Virus record (IMG/VR): IMGVR_UViG_3300042473_001368
Direction: 5' to 3' (one strand)
Source of the DNA: a virus
DNA length: 64,000 bases
Shown here in pieces: positions 44,991 to 53,952 of the stretch; the first letter of the stretch is position 1, and each line of letters begins with the position of its first letter. The position numbers and the translations under genes were made by a program. Under the pieces are notes generated by a model that worked only from the letters and a program-made list of their open reading frames with translations, was not told the DNA's origin and did no database searches.

Positions 44991-46379
44991 CTCAGCTAAT
45001 TGCTTCCATGTCTTAGGTTTCATCCGCTCTTTGAATGTCATAGTTTGAGGAGCGGCTTCCTGTTTATGTGATCTACGAGTCATGCCTTCAAGATATATGG
45101 ATGTATAACTTTCTGTAACACGCTTTTGTTTGAGAGCTCTCTTCATAGGCTCTTTTTCATTACCGTCTTTATCAAAGTCTAAATAGTCTGGTTTTGATTC
45201 TTCGTCTTCGTCTTCATCTTCATCTTCGCGGTCATAAGGTTCGTCACTGATACCCATCTCTCTACTTATACGTCTATCGCGTCTTCTTTTATTTAGCTCT
45301 CTTTCTCTCGCAATATCAGGACCATAGTCGTCATCACGATCGAACGGCCCGTCTTCCTCTTCAGCCTCCTCTTCTTCTCCTTCACGTTTACCGAAAGTAT
45401 CATGCACCATACTATCTAGTTTTTTATGAAACTTAGTCTCTTCACCTCTACTAGCGCCATATTCTTCGTCTTCAGAAACAGCTTTATCAGAGTGAAGATC
45501 AACAACGATTTGAGCCTCATCGATATCAGGTCTTGCTCTCATAACAAGACTCAAGATCATGTCTTCCGCGTCTTGCACTGATGTACCAAAAGAACCAGCA
45601 GGTCCTTCAACATTAACACCGCGACGTGTCTTCTCTGCTGTGTAATTAGGTTGTTTATTAAAGAACTTAACAAGTTTATCAACAAGGGTATCACGATCTT
45701 TGATCACACCGATATTAATATCGATATCATCGAAATTTAACTTTACGTCTTCTGCTCCTTTGAAGCCAATACCAGCAGCAACATCAGCTCTATCTACAAC
45801 TTCACGGTCAGCATCATCAAGAGTGTTTACAAGTATATCAACAGCAGATTGAACATCTGCTTCTTCGCCTTGAGCTGCAGCTTTAAGCGCAAGAGTCTGC
45901 TGCTTAGCTTCACCTGCAGCTTTTCTTTTTGCAGCAAGCTCAGCAGCTTGTGCAGCATATTTATCACGTCTACCACCGCTACCACCCTCGACTTTAGCAT
46001 TAGGCATCATATCTCTACCACGGTTAAGAGTAGAACGGTTAATATAATTTTCAAGCTCTGCAGGCATTTCCTCTTCAATACGGGCACTATTAGCTACAAT
46101 CTCACTGCTCTTAGCTTTAATAATTTCAAGAAGAGCGAGTTGCTTACCTTTAAATCCCTGTGCTTTAAGAACAGATCGTTCTTCATCATCACTAATAATA
46201 CCTAGCCCACTAAGAAATGTTGCAATAAACTTGACAGTGTCATATGGAGCAGAGCTCATACCACGAGTTGCCATAGACTTAGTAATACCTCCAAAAGATG
46301 GATGCGTACCTGCAAACGGAGATGTTTTAGCTTCGGTAATAAATCCATACCGTGTTAGTAGATTATCGAAAGATCTCAT
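44970..46379 (-). CDS. Acidic late protein with DxDxDG motif, candidate internal head protein
   Basis: TATAAATA at 46388-46395; KPDYLDFDKDGNEKEPMKRA; D/E-rich tract. Confidence 0.65.
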   Translation of the reverse strand: MRSFDNLLTRYGFITEAKTSPFAGTHPSFGGITKSMATRGMSSAPYDTVKFIATFLSGLGIISDDEERSVLKAQGFKGKQLALLEIIKAKSSEIVANSARIEEEMPAELENYINRSTLNRGRDMMPNAKVEGGSGGRRDKYAAQAAELAAKRKAAGEAKQQTLALKAAAQGEEADVQSAVDILVNTLDDADREVVDRADVAAGIGFKGAEDVKLNFDDIDINIGVIKDRDTLVDKLVKFFNKQPNYTAEKTRRGVNVEGPAGSFGTSVQDAEDMILSLVMRARPDIDEAQIVVDLHSDKAVSEDEEYGASRGEETKFHKKLDSMVHDTFGKREGEEEEAEEEDGPFDRDDDYGPDIARERELNKRRRDRRISREMGISDEPYDREDEDEDEDEESKPDYLDFDKDGNEKEPMKRALKQKRVTESYTSIYLEGMTRRSHKQEAAPQTMTFKERMKPKTWKQLAELRNYGM

Positions 46380-46387
46380 ATATCATA

Positions 46388-46395
46388 TATTTATA
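46388..46395 (-). promoter_or_regulatory. T4 late promoter TATAAATA
   Basis: Exact consensus 8 nt upstream of ATG 46379. Confidence 0.85.
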
Positions 46396-46418
46396 CAAGT
46401 GTAACAAAATTATTGAAT

Positions 46419-47051
46419 ATGTGTGCAATAGTATCTTCGAGTAACAAAGAAACATTTAAAGAGTTGTTAAAACACAACAATCATAGAGGTACATTCGCTT
46501 CTAGTTTAATTAAGATCGATCAAAAGAGCATAGATGTACATAAGTCGCAAGGTCTATTTGATGAAAACTTACTAGATTCTGAAGGCAACAAGCTATTTGT
46601 TGGTCATGTTCAAGCACCTACATCTGATGTACGTGAATGGAGTAAAGACACATCACATCCTTTTGAATCAGAAGAGTGGCTAGTAATACACAATGGTGTG
46701 TTAACGAACCATAAGGAACTAGACCTTAGCGTTAAAGTAGACACGCAGTGCGTAGTTGATATGTTACAACATGCATCAGAGCAAACGAAAGATTCTGAAG
46801 GTAACTGTATTAAATCTGTATGTGATAGATTGAAAGGTACATTTGCTTTGTTTATAGTAAACAAGAAAACGCGCGGAATGTATATATTACGTCAGGGTTC
46901 ATTATTACACTATAATGATAGCGGTGATGTATCATCACTCAGATATGATGGTATGAAGCTTCTTCAAGAAGGAACCATATTAAAATATCACCAAGGTAGA
47001 TGGTCGAATCATCTGACATTTACTTCTAGTTCTCCATTTTTATTTTTATGA
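46419..47051 (+). CDS. Class II (Ntn) glutamine amidotransferase, stand-alone
   Basis: MCAI start (Cys nucleophile after Met removal), HRG, GHVQAPT, HPF, HNGVLTN. Confidence 0.87.
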   Translation: MCAIVSSSNKETFKELLKHNNHRGTFASSLIKIDQKSIDVHKSQGLFDENLLDSEGNKLFVGHVQAPTSDVREWSKDTSHPFESEEWLVIHNGVLTNHKELDLSVKVDTQCVVDMLQHASEQTKDSEGNCIKSVCDRLKGTFALFIVNKKTRGMYILRQGSLLHYNDSGDVSSLRYDGMKLLQEGTILKYHQGRWSNHLTFTSSSPFLFL

Positions 47052-47707
47052 GTACATTTTTCTTCTCAGTAACAAAAGGTAAGAAAGAAGATACACTTCT
47101 TTTCAAGCACAACAGGCACGATTATGATATTTTCTTTGTAGAAGATAACACAAAACCTCTCGCAAAAGTATACAACAAAGCAATCGATTTCGCTATTAAA
47201 GAAGAAATCGATACACTTGTGTTGATGCATGACGACATTATTATCGAGTCTGATCTATTCAAGAAAATACCTGAATTGCAGACACAGTTCGATGTTATTG
47301 GCGTTGCAGGCACAACAGAGTGTAAGTTAGAACAACCAGCTTTATGGCATATAATGGGTGGAGGATTCCAAGGAGGCAAGCTTCATGGAGCTGTTGCTCA
47401 TATCAATGATGATAAAAAATATATGACAGCGTTCGGAGCATATCCGCATCGAGCTGTTCTTATAGATGGTGTTTTTATGGTTATCAAAAAGGAAGTGTTT
47501 ACATCTGTAAGATTTGATGAAGAGAATCCAGCAGGGTTTCACTTTTATGATCTTTCATATAGTCTTGAAGCACACAAACAAGGTTTTAAAGTCGGTGTTG
47601 GTGATATTACAATAACACACGCTTCACCGGGATTGAGAGAGTTTACAGAAGAGTTTAATAAAGGACAAGAGTACTTTCTGAATAAGTGGAAAAATGATAA
47701 TCGTTAA
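47048..47707 (+). CDS. Glycosyltransferase, GT2-like
   Basis: YNKAI, MHDD, IGVAG, IDGVFM, FDE...FHFYD; ATGA-coupled to the amidotransferase. Confidence 0.82.
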   Translation: MSTFFFSVTKGKKEDTLLFKHNRHDYDIFFVEDNTKPLAKVYNKAIDFAIKEEIDTLVLMHDDIIIESDLFKKIPELQTQFDVIGVAGTTECKLEQPALWHIMGGGFQGGKLHGAVAHINDDKKYMTAFGAYPHRAVLIDGVFMVIKKEVFTSVRFDEENPAGFHFYDLSYSLEAHKQGFKVGVGDITITHASPGLREFTEEFNKGQEYFLNKWKNDNR

Positions 47708-48146
47708 TAGCAGATTAAATTACGGCTCAAACTGGGAGTCGCCAGATGTTTATCTTTTTACAGGCAATAGTTATATTACTAAAAATAAAAAGCTTGTAAT
47801 GGGCCGTGGAGCTGCATTAGCGTGTAGAGATTTATTTAAGGATTGTGATAAGCAATTCGCATTTAAGATTCTTACAAGCAAGCATACTCCGAATTATTAT
47901 GTAGAGTTTGTTGAACTTGCTCCTAATAAACTATTAGGCGTGTTTCAGGTCAAATACAATTTTGCAGATAGTGCTGATATTGAGTTGATTAAAAAGAGCA
48001 CAGATAAGCTCACTCATATTGCTGTACAAAAACCAAATGTAACATTTCATATGAATTTTCCAGGTATTGGTTATGGAGGGTTACCACTTAATAGTGTATT
48101 ACCTATAGTTGATAAACTCCCAAACAACGTTATTCTATACAAGTGA
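47694..48146 (+). CDS. Macro-domain-like (ADP-ribose-processing) protein
   Basis: FTGNS...LVMGRGAA, FQVK, FPGIGYGGL. Confidence 0.7.
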   Translation: MIIVNSRLNYGSNWESPDVYLFTGNSYITKNKKLVMGRGAALACRDLFKDCDKQFAFKILTSKHTPNYYVEFVELAPNKLLGVFQVKYNFADSADIELIKKSTDKLTHIAVQKPNVTFHMNFPGIGYGGLPLNSVLPIVDKLPNNVILYK

Positions 48147-49471
48147 GTAAATTAGATAATGACTTCTTTGAAAAGGTTTTATGTTATAAAGCACTTTCTG
48201 ATTCTACATATCTGGCATCAATTGCAGATTATGTAAAGCCAACATATTTTAAGGATAGTAACATTGGTGTTATCTTTAAAATAATTACAGCGTTCTATGA
48301 AAAGCGAAATAAGCTGCCAACGAATACTGAACTCAAGTCTTATTTAACAACTGATGAGCTTAAAGCTTCGTATCGTTCTGTGATCGAGTCATTGAGAGAT
48401 ATCGATAAGAATCTCGACAAAGATGAGTTGTATGATAACACAGAAAGATTCTTAAAGGAGAAAGCTGTATATAGCACCATGCTCGAAGTAGCAGGAGATA
48501 TGGCTTCTGGTGAAATAGATACATCTTCTATCTTACAAAAGATAGAAAAGTCGTGTAGTATAAATCTTGTAACTGATAAAGGTTTAGATCTCTACGGTGA
48601 TATAGATAGAATTATTGACGACTTACAAAATGTACAGCAAACTATTCCATCAAAATGGCCATGGTTAGATGATGCACTCAATGGTGGTTTTCTAAAAGAT
48701 GGAAGAGCATTATATATCTTTGCAGGTGAATCAAACATCGGTAAATCAATCTTCTTAGGTAACATTGCAGCTAATATCGCTAATCAAGGTAAGACTGTTC
48801 TTCTTGTAACCTTAGAGATGTCTGAGCTATTATACGCAAGACGTATATGTTCAAATATCACAAAAATTTCGATGAATGAACTTTCATCGAGTACAGCAAC
48901 GCTCAAAGCAATGCTGAGTGAGAATCATGATGATACAAAAGGTAGAATACTTATCAAAGAGTTTCCACCTTCGACTATCACACCGAATTATCTCAAAGGC
49001 TATATTAAGAAGATTACAGATACAGGTATTCGAATAGATGCAATTGTTCTTGACTATATTAACTTGATGCATTCTACAGTTGGTAATAACTCGTATGAAC
49101 GTATCAAATATATTGCTGAGCAAATACGCGCAATGTCATATACCTTTAACTGTCCGGTTATCTCAGCTACGCAGATTAATAGATCTGGCTTCAATACTGA
49201 GAATCCAGATATGACAACAATCTCTGAAAGTATTGGCTTGTGTGCTACTGCTGACTGTATTACATCTATCTTTCAAAATGAAGAAGATAGAGAACTAGGT
49301 GTAATCAGACTTGGTATGATGAAAAATCGTTATGGTGCTAGAGGTACAACTCAAGCAATGCGGATCGATTACTCGACTCTGTCTATATCACAGTCAGATG
49401 AAGACCCTGTCCTGCAGGAAGAATATAGTGATTCTACATTTAGAATCCTAGAAGCTCTAAGTGAAAAGTAG
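48143..49471 (+). CDS. gp41: Replicative DnaB-like helicase
   Basis: AGESNIGKS, TLEMSE, IKEFP, VLDYINLM, SATQINRSG, SESIG, KNRYG. Confidence 0.95.
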   Translation: MSKLDNDFFEKVLCYKALSDSTYLASIADYVKPTYFKDSNIGVIFKIITAFYEKRNKLPTNTELKSYLTTDELKASYRSVIESLRDIDKNLDKDELYDNTERFLKEKAVYSTMLEVAGDMASGEIDTSSILQKIEKSCSINLVTDKGLDLYGDIDRIIDDLQNVQQTIPSKWPWLDDALNGGFLKDGRALYIFAGESNIGKSIFLGNIAANIANQGKTVLLVTLEMSELLYARRICSNITKISMNELSSSTATLKAMLSENHDDTKGRILIKEFPPSTITPNYLKGYIKKITDTGIRIDAIVLDYINLMHSTVGNNSYERIKYIAEQIRAMSYTFNCPVISATQINRSGFNTENPDMTTISESIGLCATADCITSIFQNEEDRELGVIRLGMMKNRYGARGTTQAMRIDYSTLSISQSDEDPVLQEEYSDSTFRILEALSEK

Positions 49472-49488
49472 CAATTGATTGAACTCGG

Positions 49489-49496
49489 TGTAAATA
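49489..49496 (+). promoter_or_regulatory. Late promoter variant TGTAAATA
   Basis: 5 nt upstream of ATG 49502. Confidence 0.6.
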
Positions 49497-49501
49497 AATT
49501 A

Positions 49502-50389
49502 ATGAACGTAGCAATATGGACAGATAATGATCTTGATGGTGCTGGGTCTGCATTAGCAATAAAACTAATGTATGGCTCATCTCCTGTTAACTTTACTATA
49601 CAAGATGTAAATGATAGTACATTTGCTGGTATGTATAGAAGCTGGTCAGATGCTAACTATGAATCTTTTGATAAAATATACATTCTCGATGTATGGGTTC
49701 CTGATGAAATCGTGAGTCTTGTTGATAGAGAAAAAGTCATTATTATTGACCATCACAAATCCCATGTTGATGTAAAGGACAGGTATAAAGTAGCAAAAGC
49801 TATCATTGAAGATTGTTCATCTTGCTGTAAACTTATTGTCGAAAAGTTTGATAGAATCTTTTCTAAGATTCTTACAGATAAACAAAGAGAGTTATTTAAG
49901 CTAGTTGATGACTATGATAGCTATACTCTCAAGTTTCCTGATACACTTAAGCTTAACTCTATCTATCATAGCTATAACGCACCAAAAGGAACCAAGTTCA
50001 TTGAGCGGTTCGCGAACGGATTAGGAGAATATACAGCATTTGAACAAAATGCATACAAGCTATTTTGCAACAAGCTAAAAGACGCTATTGAAAATGCAAC
50101 TTTCTTTAAAGGTACACTTAAAGGATACAATGTTATTAGTTGTGTGGCAAATAGCTGTATCAACGAGCTAGCACATTACTCTCTCAAGAAGTACAACGCA
50201 GATATTGCTATAGTCGTCAATACAACATCGTGTAAAGTTTCATTCCGTAAGAAGAAAAATAGCTGCACTATTCAGTTGAACAAGTTAGCTGAAATTTTAT
50301 GTAATGGTGGCGGTCACGAATATGCTGCTGGTGGAGAAATCACTGATAATTTCCTCAACTTTACTAAAACACTTTCGCCATGCATGTAA
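49502..50389 (+). CDS. DHH/DHHA1 phosphoesterase
   Basis: TDNDLDG, ILD, IDHHKS, GGGHEYAAGG; start placed at ATG 49502. Confidence 0.9.
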   Translation: MNVAIWTDNDLDGAGSALAIKLMYGSSPVNFTIQDVNDSTFAGMYRSWSDANYESFDKIYILDVWVPDEIVSLVDREKVIIIDHHKSHVDVKDRYKVAKAIIEDCSSCCKLIVEKFDRIFSKILTDKQRELFKLVDDYDSYTLKFPDTLKLNSIYHSYNAPKGTKFIERFANGLGEYTAFEQNAYKLFCNKLKDAIENATFFKGTLKGYNVISCVANSCINELAHYSLKKYNADIAIVVNTTSCKVSFRKKKNSCTIQLNKLAEILCNGGGHEYAAGGEITDNFLNFTKTLSPCM

Positions 50390-50673
50390 CAACAATAGCA
50401 AATCCATCGCAGAGTATTATAGATAGAGAAACTGAGCATATGTTGCTCAGTTATTGCTCTTATTGTACCCTTCTCAAAGGCAAAAAGCTTAGTTTTCAGA
50501 ATGTCTTTGTTTTAACTCTACAAGATGAACAATTACGAAATGTATTTAAAGAGTTAATAGGAGTTGATTCTAACATAGAAGTGTTTAAAATCTTTTTAGA
50601 GTACGATCCGACGATTACAAAGAGTAAGTATATCACGAAGTACCTAAACTCTAAAAAGAAACTATGTCCGTAA
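50380..50673 (+). CDS. Hypothetical protein
   Basis: 97-aa ORF overlapping both neighbours. Confidence 0.6.
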   Translation: MHVTTIANPSQSIIDRETEHMLLSYCSYCTLLKGKKLSFQNVFVLTLQDEQLRNVFKELIGVDSNIEVFKIFLEYDPTITKSKYITKYLNSKKKLCP

Positions 50674-51314
50674 GTGAGAAAGAAAAGAGAATATACAATT
50701 CATACAATATTTCCTTTAGAAAGGCGAATAACAAGCCATTCAAAATAAGAAAAGACTTCACGGGTCTCGATCCTACAACTACCTTAGTGCTTCATAAACT
50801 TTCCTCTCTGTTTGAGAGGAATCCTACTATCGATATCGATGACTTTTTTATTGCACCATATAAGGTTTATGATTCACAAACGTATAACCCAATTGATTTT
50901 TATCTAACTCGAAAAGCACTAAAATGCTATTCTGTCTATAAGACAGAAAAAGAGAAAGAAAGTCCAGATAGCGAAGAAGTTATAGAGAGATGTAAAGCTG
51001 CGTGTTCCTTTCTATATCGCTTCTGTAGAATAAATAATATTACACTTGATCAATATAAGTCGATGGTGGTTGGCACTATGCCAATTGTCATTCAACACTT
51101 AAAGGATCATAGTGTAAACTTTTATGTGATTCACGCGTTGGATTGCAATAAAGTTTTAAGGTCGGTAGGTCAAGAATTACTTGATTTTTTAATACCTGAC
51201 TTTAATATGATAAACAATGAAACGAGAATTAATTACAGTAAGTCAACTAAACTAAAACATACTTTAAGTAAGGCTCTTGACATTATTAAACAACAACTAG
51301 AAAACAAACAATAA
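50664..51314 (+). CDS. Putative helicase loader (gp59-like)
   Basis: About 216 aa, helical and basic, immediately upstream of gp32 as in T4; assignment mostly from size and position. Confidence 0.45.
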   Translation: MSVSEKEKRIYNSYNISFRKANNKPFKIRKDFTGLDPTTTLVLHKLSSLFERNPTIDIDDFFIAPYKVYDSQTYNPIDFYLTRKALKCYSVYKTEKEKESPDSEEVIERCKAACSFLYRFCRINNITLDQYKSMVVGTMPIVIQHLKDHSVNFYVIHALDCNKVLRSVGQELLDFLIPDFNMINNETRINYSKSTKLKHTLSKALDIIKQQLENKQ

Positions 51315-51337
51315 AATAACAAAAAGAAACAGAAAAT

Positions 51338-52189
51338 ATGAGTAAGGCATTTAATACATCAATGTTCCAGTCAATTAAGGCAGCTCTTGCTAAGAGCAAT
51401 AACGAAGGCGGTAACGCTACCTATACAGAGATCATGAAAACGTCTCCAGGTAACACATACACAGTCCGCCTTCTTCCATATTCACCAGATCCGAAGAATA
51501 CATTCTTCCATTACTTCAACCATGGTTGGGTATCGTTTGCGACTGGTCAATACGTCCAAGCACTTTCACCTATGACATTTGGTGAACGTGATCCAATCGC
51601 AGAAGAACGTTATCGTGCTCTGCGTATGGGTAGCGAAGATGAAAAGGAGAAAGCAAAAGCTATCAAGAGAGCTGAAAAGTATCTTGTTAATGTGTATGTA
51701 GTCGAAGATCAATCGAATCCAGATAACAATGGCAAGGTTAAACTTCTTCGTTATGGCAAACAGCTTCATAAAATTATTATGGATGCTATCGAAGGTGAAG
51801 ATTCTGAAGAATTCGGTCATCGTATCTTCGATCTAAGTAAGGAAGGTGTCAACTTTAAGATTAAGTGTGAAAACCAAGGAGAATATCCTACATATGTGTC
51901 TTCGCGCTTTACTGCTACTGGTAAGCTTAATCTTTCAGAAGATGAACAGAAGAAAATCTATGATAGTGTATTTGACTTGACTAAAGTTTTCCCGCTTAAG
52001 TCAGCTGATGAACTCAAGCAAATGCTTGATGAACATTATCATTGCAAGGCTACAGAAGAAGCTCCAGCTAGAGAAATTCAACGCGAAGCTGTTAAGACTC
52101 CGCAAGCTCCAGCTCCTGCTGAACCTGTAGGTGTATCCGCTGAAGAGGATGCATATGACGATATCGACGACCTTCTTAAAGACCTATAA
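51338..52189 (+). CDS. gp32: Single-stranded DNA-binding protein
   Basis: TVRLLP, DPIAE, YLVNVYVVEDQSNPDNNGKVKLLRYGKQL, FDLSKEGVNFKIK, acidic tail DDIDDLLKDL. Confidence 0.93.
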   Translation: MSKAFNTSMFQSIKAALAKSNNEGGNATYTEIMKTSPGNTYTVRLLPYSPDPKNTFFHYFNHGWVSFATGQYVQALSPMTFGERDPIAEERYRALRMGSEDEKEKAKAIKRAEKYLVNVYVVEDQSNPDNNGKVKLLRYGKQLHKIIMDAIEGEDSEEFGHRIFDLSKEGVNFKIKCENQGEYPTYVSSRFTATGKLNLSEDEQKKIYDSVFDLTKVFPLKSADELKQMLDEHYHCKATEEAPAREIQREAVKTPQAPAPAEPVGVSAEEDAYDDIDDLLKDL

Positions 52190-52192
52190 TAT

Positions 52193-52666
52193 ATGACCCC
52201 TGAGGAACAACAAGCGCTAGTACAGTTTTTCGGAACTGTGCACGCGCAAGCTAAAAGCGCAGATCAGATGATCGTTCATGGAGCAAAAGATCTGCGACCA
52301 GTAAGTACTGAGATACAAAATCAACTTCAACAGTTTCTTGTAAGTCAGAGTCAACCTCAATATCAGCAACCGGTTCAAAGCGAGCCGGTTGCTTTTATGG
52401 CTCCACCTCAGCAATACGAACCACAGAATCATTTTGCGCCTACGCCACAGCCTGCTGAGCAGCAACTCGACTTCTTTACTTACAACGCGAATAACGGTAG
52501 CCAGGATATGGATAAAATTATTAAGCGTGTAACAGAAGCTGCAAATTACCTACATGATATAAAGGTAAGTCTTAAAACAATAGTAGAGATTTTAGAGAAG
52601 AATAGTATACAATCAGATACAGATCATAATGTTAAAGCATCAAGTAAAAATCGAGTCAAAGAATGA
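52193..52666 (+). CDS. Hypothetical Gln/Pro-rich protein
   Basis: 157-aa ORF downstream of gp32. Confidence 0.6.
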   Translation: MTPEEQQALVQFFGTVHAQAKSADQMIVHGAKDLRPVSTEIQNQLQQFLVSQSQPQYQQPVQSEPVAFMAPPQQYEPQNHFAPTPQPAEQQLDFFTYNANNGSQDMDKIIKRVTEAANYLHDIKVSLKTIVEILEKNSIQSDTDHNVKASSKNRVKE

Positions 52667-53351
52667 ATTTCTAAAGTTCTTAGACGCTGTTTCGATCATC
52701 AATGAAGCTTGCATACTGAGCATACAATCAAATGTATGCTCAGTTTTGTCTATAGTTCCTGACGAAACGCTCTATATTTTAGGAGAGTATAAAGGAGTTA
52801 CTTCTGAACAGAATTGTAACTTGAATATACCAAACCTTAAAAAACTTTCACGTGTCTTAGAAGATGTAAGTGAGCAAGAAATTGAGTTCGAAGTAGATGG
52901 CAATAGTATTAGTTATTGCGATAATAGTGTTAAGTTTAGATATCATTTATATGACGATAACTTCCTAGCTAAACCAAAAGTTAAGGCTGAGAAGATAAAA
53001 GCATTTAAGTATGATACTGAATTTACTCTGCCAAAGACTGCATTGCCTGCAATCGTTAAAGGTAGCTCTTTCGCGCAAGGCTGTAGGAAGGTATACCTGT
53101 ATACTGAGGGCAATCTTTTAAAGGCAGAGATGACAGATAAGGAAAAACGTAATACAGATTCATTAGCTTTAACATTAGGTGAAGTTGATTTTGAGTTATC
53201 ACCTATTATTCTTAATCTCGATAACCTTAAACTGATATACTCAATAGGCGGAGAGTTAAATGTAAAAATTAACTCAGATCTAGGAGTAACAGCAATAGAT
53301 TCGACTAGTAATTCAACATATTTAAGATACATATTAACATCACTCGTATGA
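52629..53351 (+). CDS. gp45: Sliding clamp
   Basis: 240 aa with two alpha/beta clamp-like halves (FLKFLDAVS; LKKLSRVL; VKFRYHL; LRYILTSL) in the replication cluster. Confidence 0.7.
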   Translation: MLKHQVKIESKNEFLKFLDAVSIINEACILSIQSNVCSVLSIVPDETLYILGEYKGVTSEQNCNLNIPNLKKLSRVLEDVSEQEIEFEVDGNSISYCDNSVKFRYHLYDDNFLAKPKVKAEKIKAFKYDTEFTLPKTALPAIVKGSSFAQGCRKVYLYTEGNLLKAEMTDKEKRNTDSLALTLGEVDFELSPIILNLDNLKLIYSIGGELNVKINSDLGVTAIDSTSNSTYLRYILTSLV

Positions 53352-53686
53352 CAACAACAGCAAACTATCCTCAGAAGAATAAAATCACAACTCTTTCATA
53401 TTTTGTAAAGCGTCTTAAAGACTCTGGATTCAATACATGGAAACTTGTTGATAATTATTCACAAGCTGACCCTCGTAAATGGACAATCATAATAGATCCA
53501 GGTAATACATCTGTGTTTGTTACATGTTATGAAAATAAAGATTTCAAATCAGATAAGATGTTTGAGATTAACGATGGTGACAGGTACTTTCCTCGTAACT
53601 TTTCCGTAAAGACAAGCTCGATGGAAGTTATTATTGCGCTACTAATTGAAAAGGGTATACCTCAAGTAAGTCAACAAGAGCAGTAA
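53348..53686 (+). CDS. Hypothetical protein
   Basis: 112-aa ORF with ATGA overlap. Confidence 0.6.
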   Translation: MTTTANYPQKNKITTLSYFVKRLKDSGFNTWKLVDNYSQADPRKWTIIIDPGNTSVFVTCYENKDFKSDKMFEINDGDRYFPRNFSVKTSSMEVIIALLIEKGIPQVSQQEQ

Positions 53687-53952
53687 TGGACGACATCTCA
53701 CTAGGAGATACATATGCAGTTCATACCGGCGCATACGCTGGTGAACTGCTTATTTGTGTAGGTAAGGAAGGTAAAAATTACAACTTCCTTGCAACACCAA
53801 CAATGGAAAATAGAATTATACCTCGTGTTATTGTTGAACACGGAAGGAACAAGGGTATAATTAAATTCGTAGAAGTGGTACCAGATTATGTACTGCAAAT
53901 ATCAAAAGAACAATTTAAAGTAAATGAAAACTCTAATAATAGACGGGAATAA
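53686..53952 (+). CDS. Hypothetical protein
   Basis: 88-aa ORF with TAATG overlap. Confidence 0.55.
   Translation: MDDISLGDTYAVHTGAYAGELLICVGKEGKNYNFLATPTMENRIIPRVIVEHGRNKGIIKFVEVVPDYVLQISKEQFKVNENSNNRRE

Noticed and set aside
39521-49471. Inteins or introns in gp43, uvsX or gp41
   Set aside because: Lengths are normal and motifs are contiguous.
51277-51305. TTGACA as a gp32 promoter
   Set aside because: No -10 element at 16-17 nt spacing.
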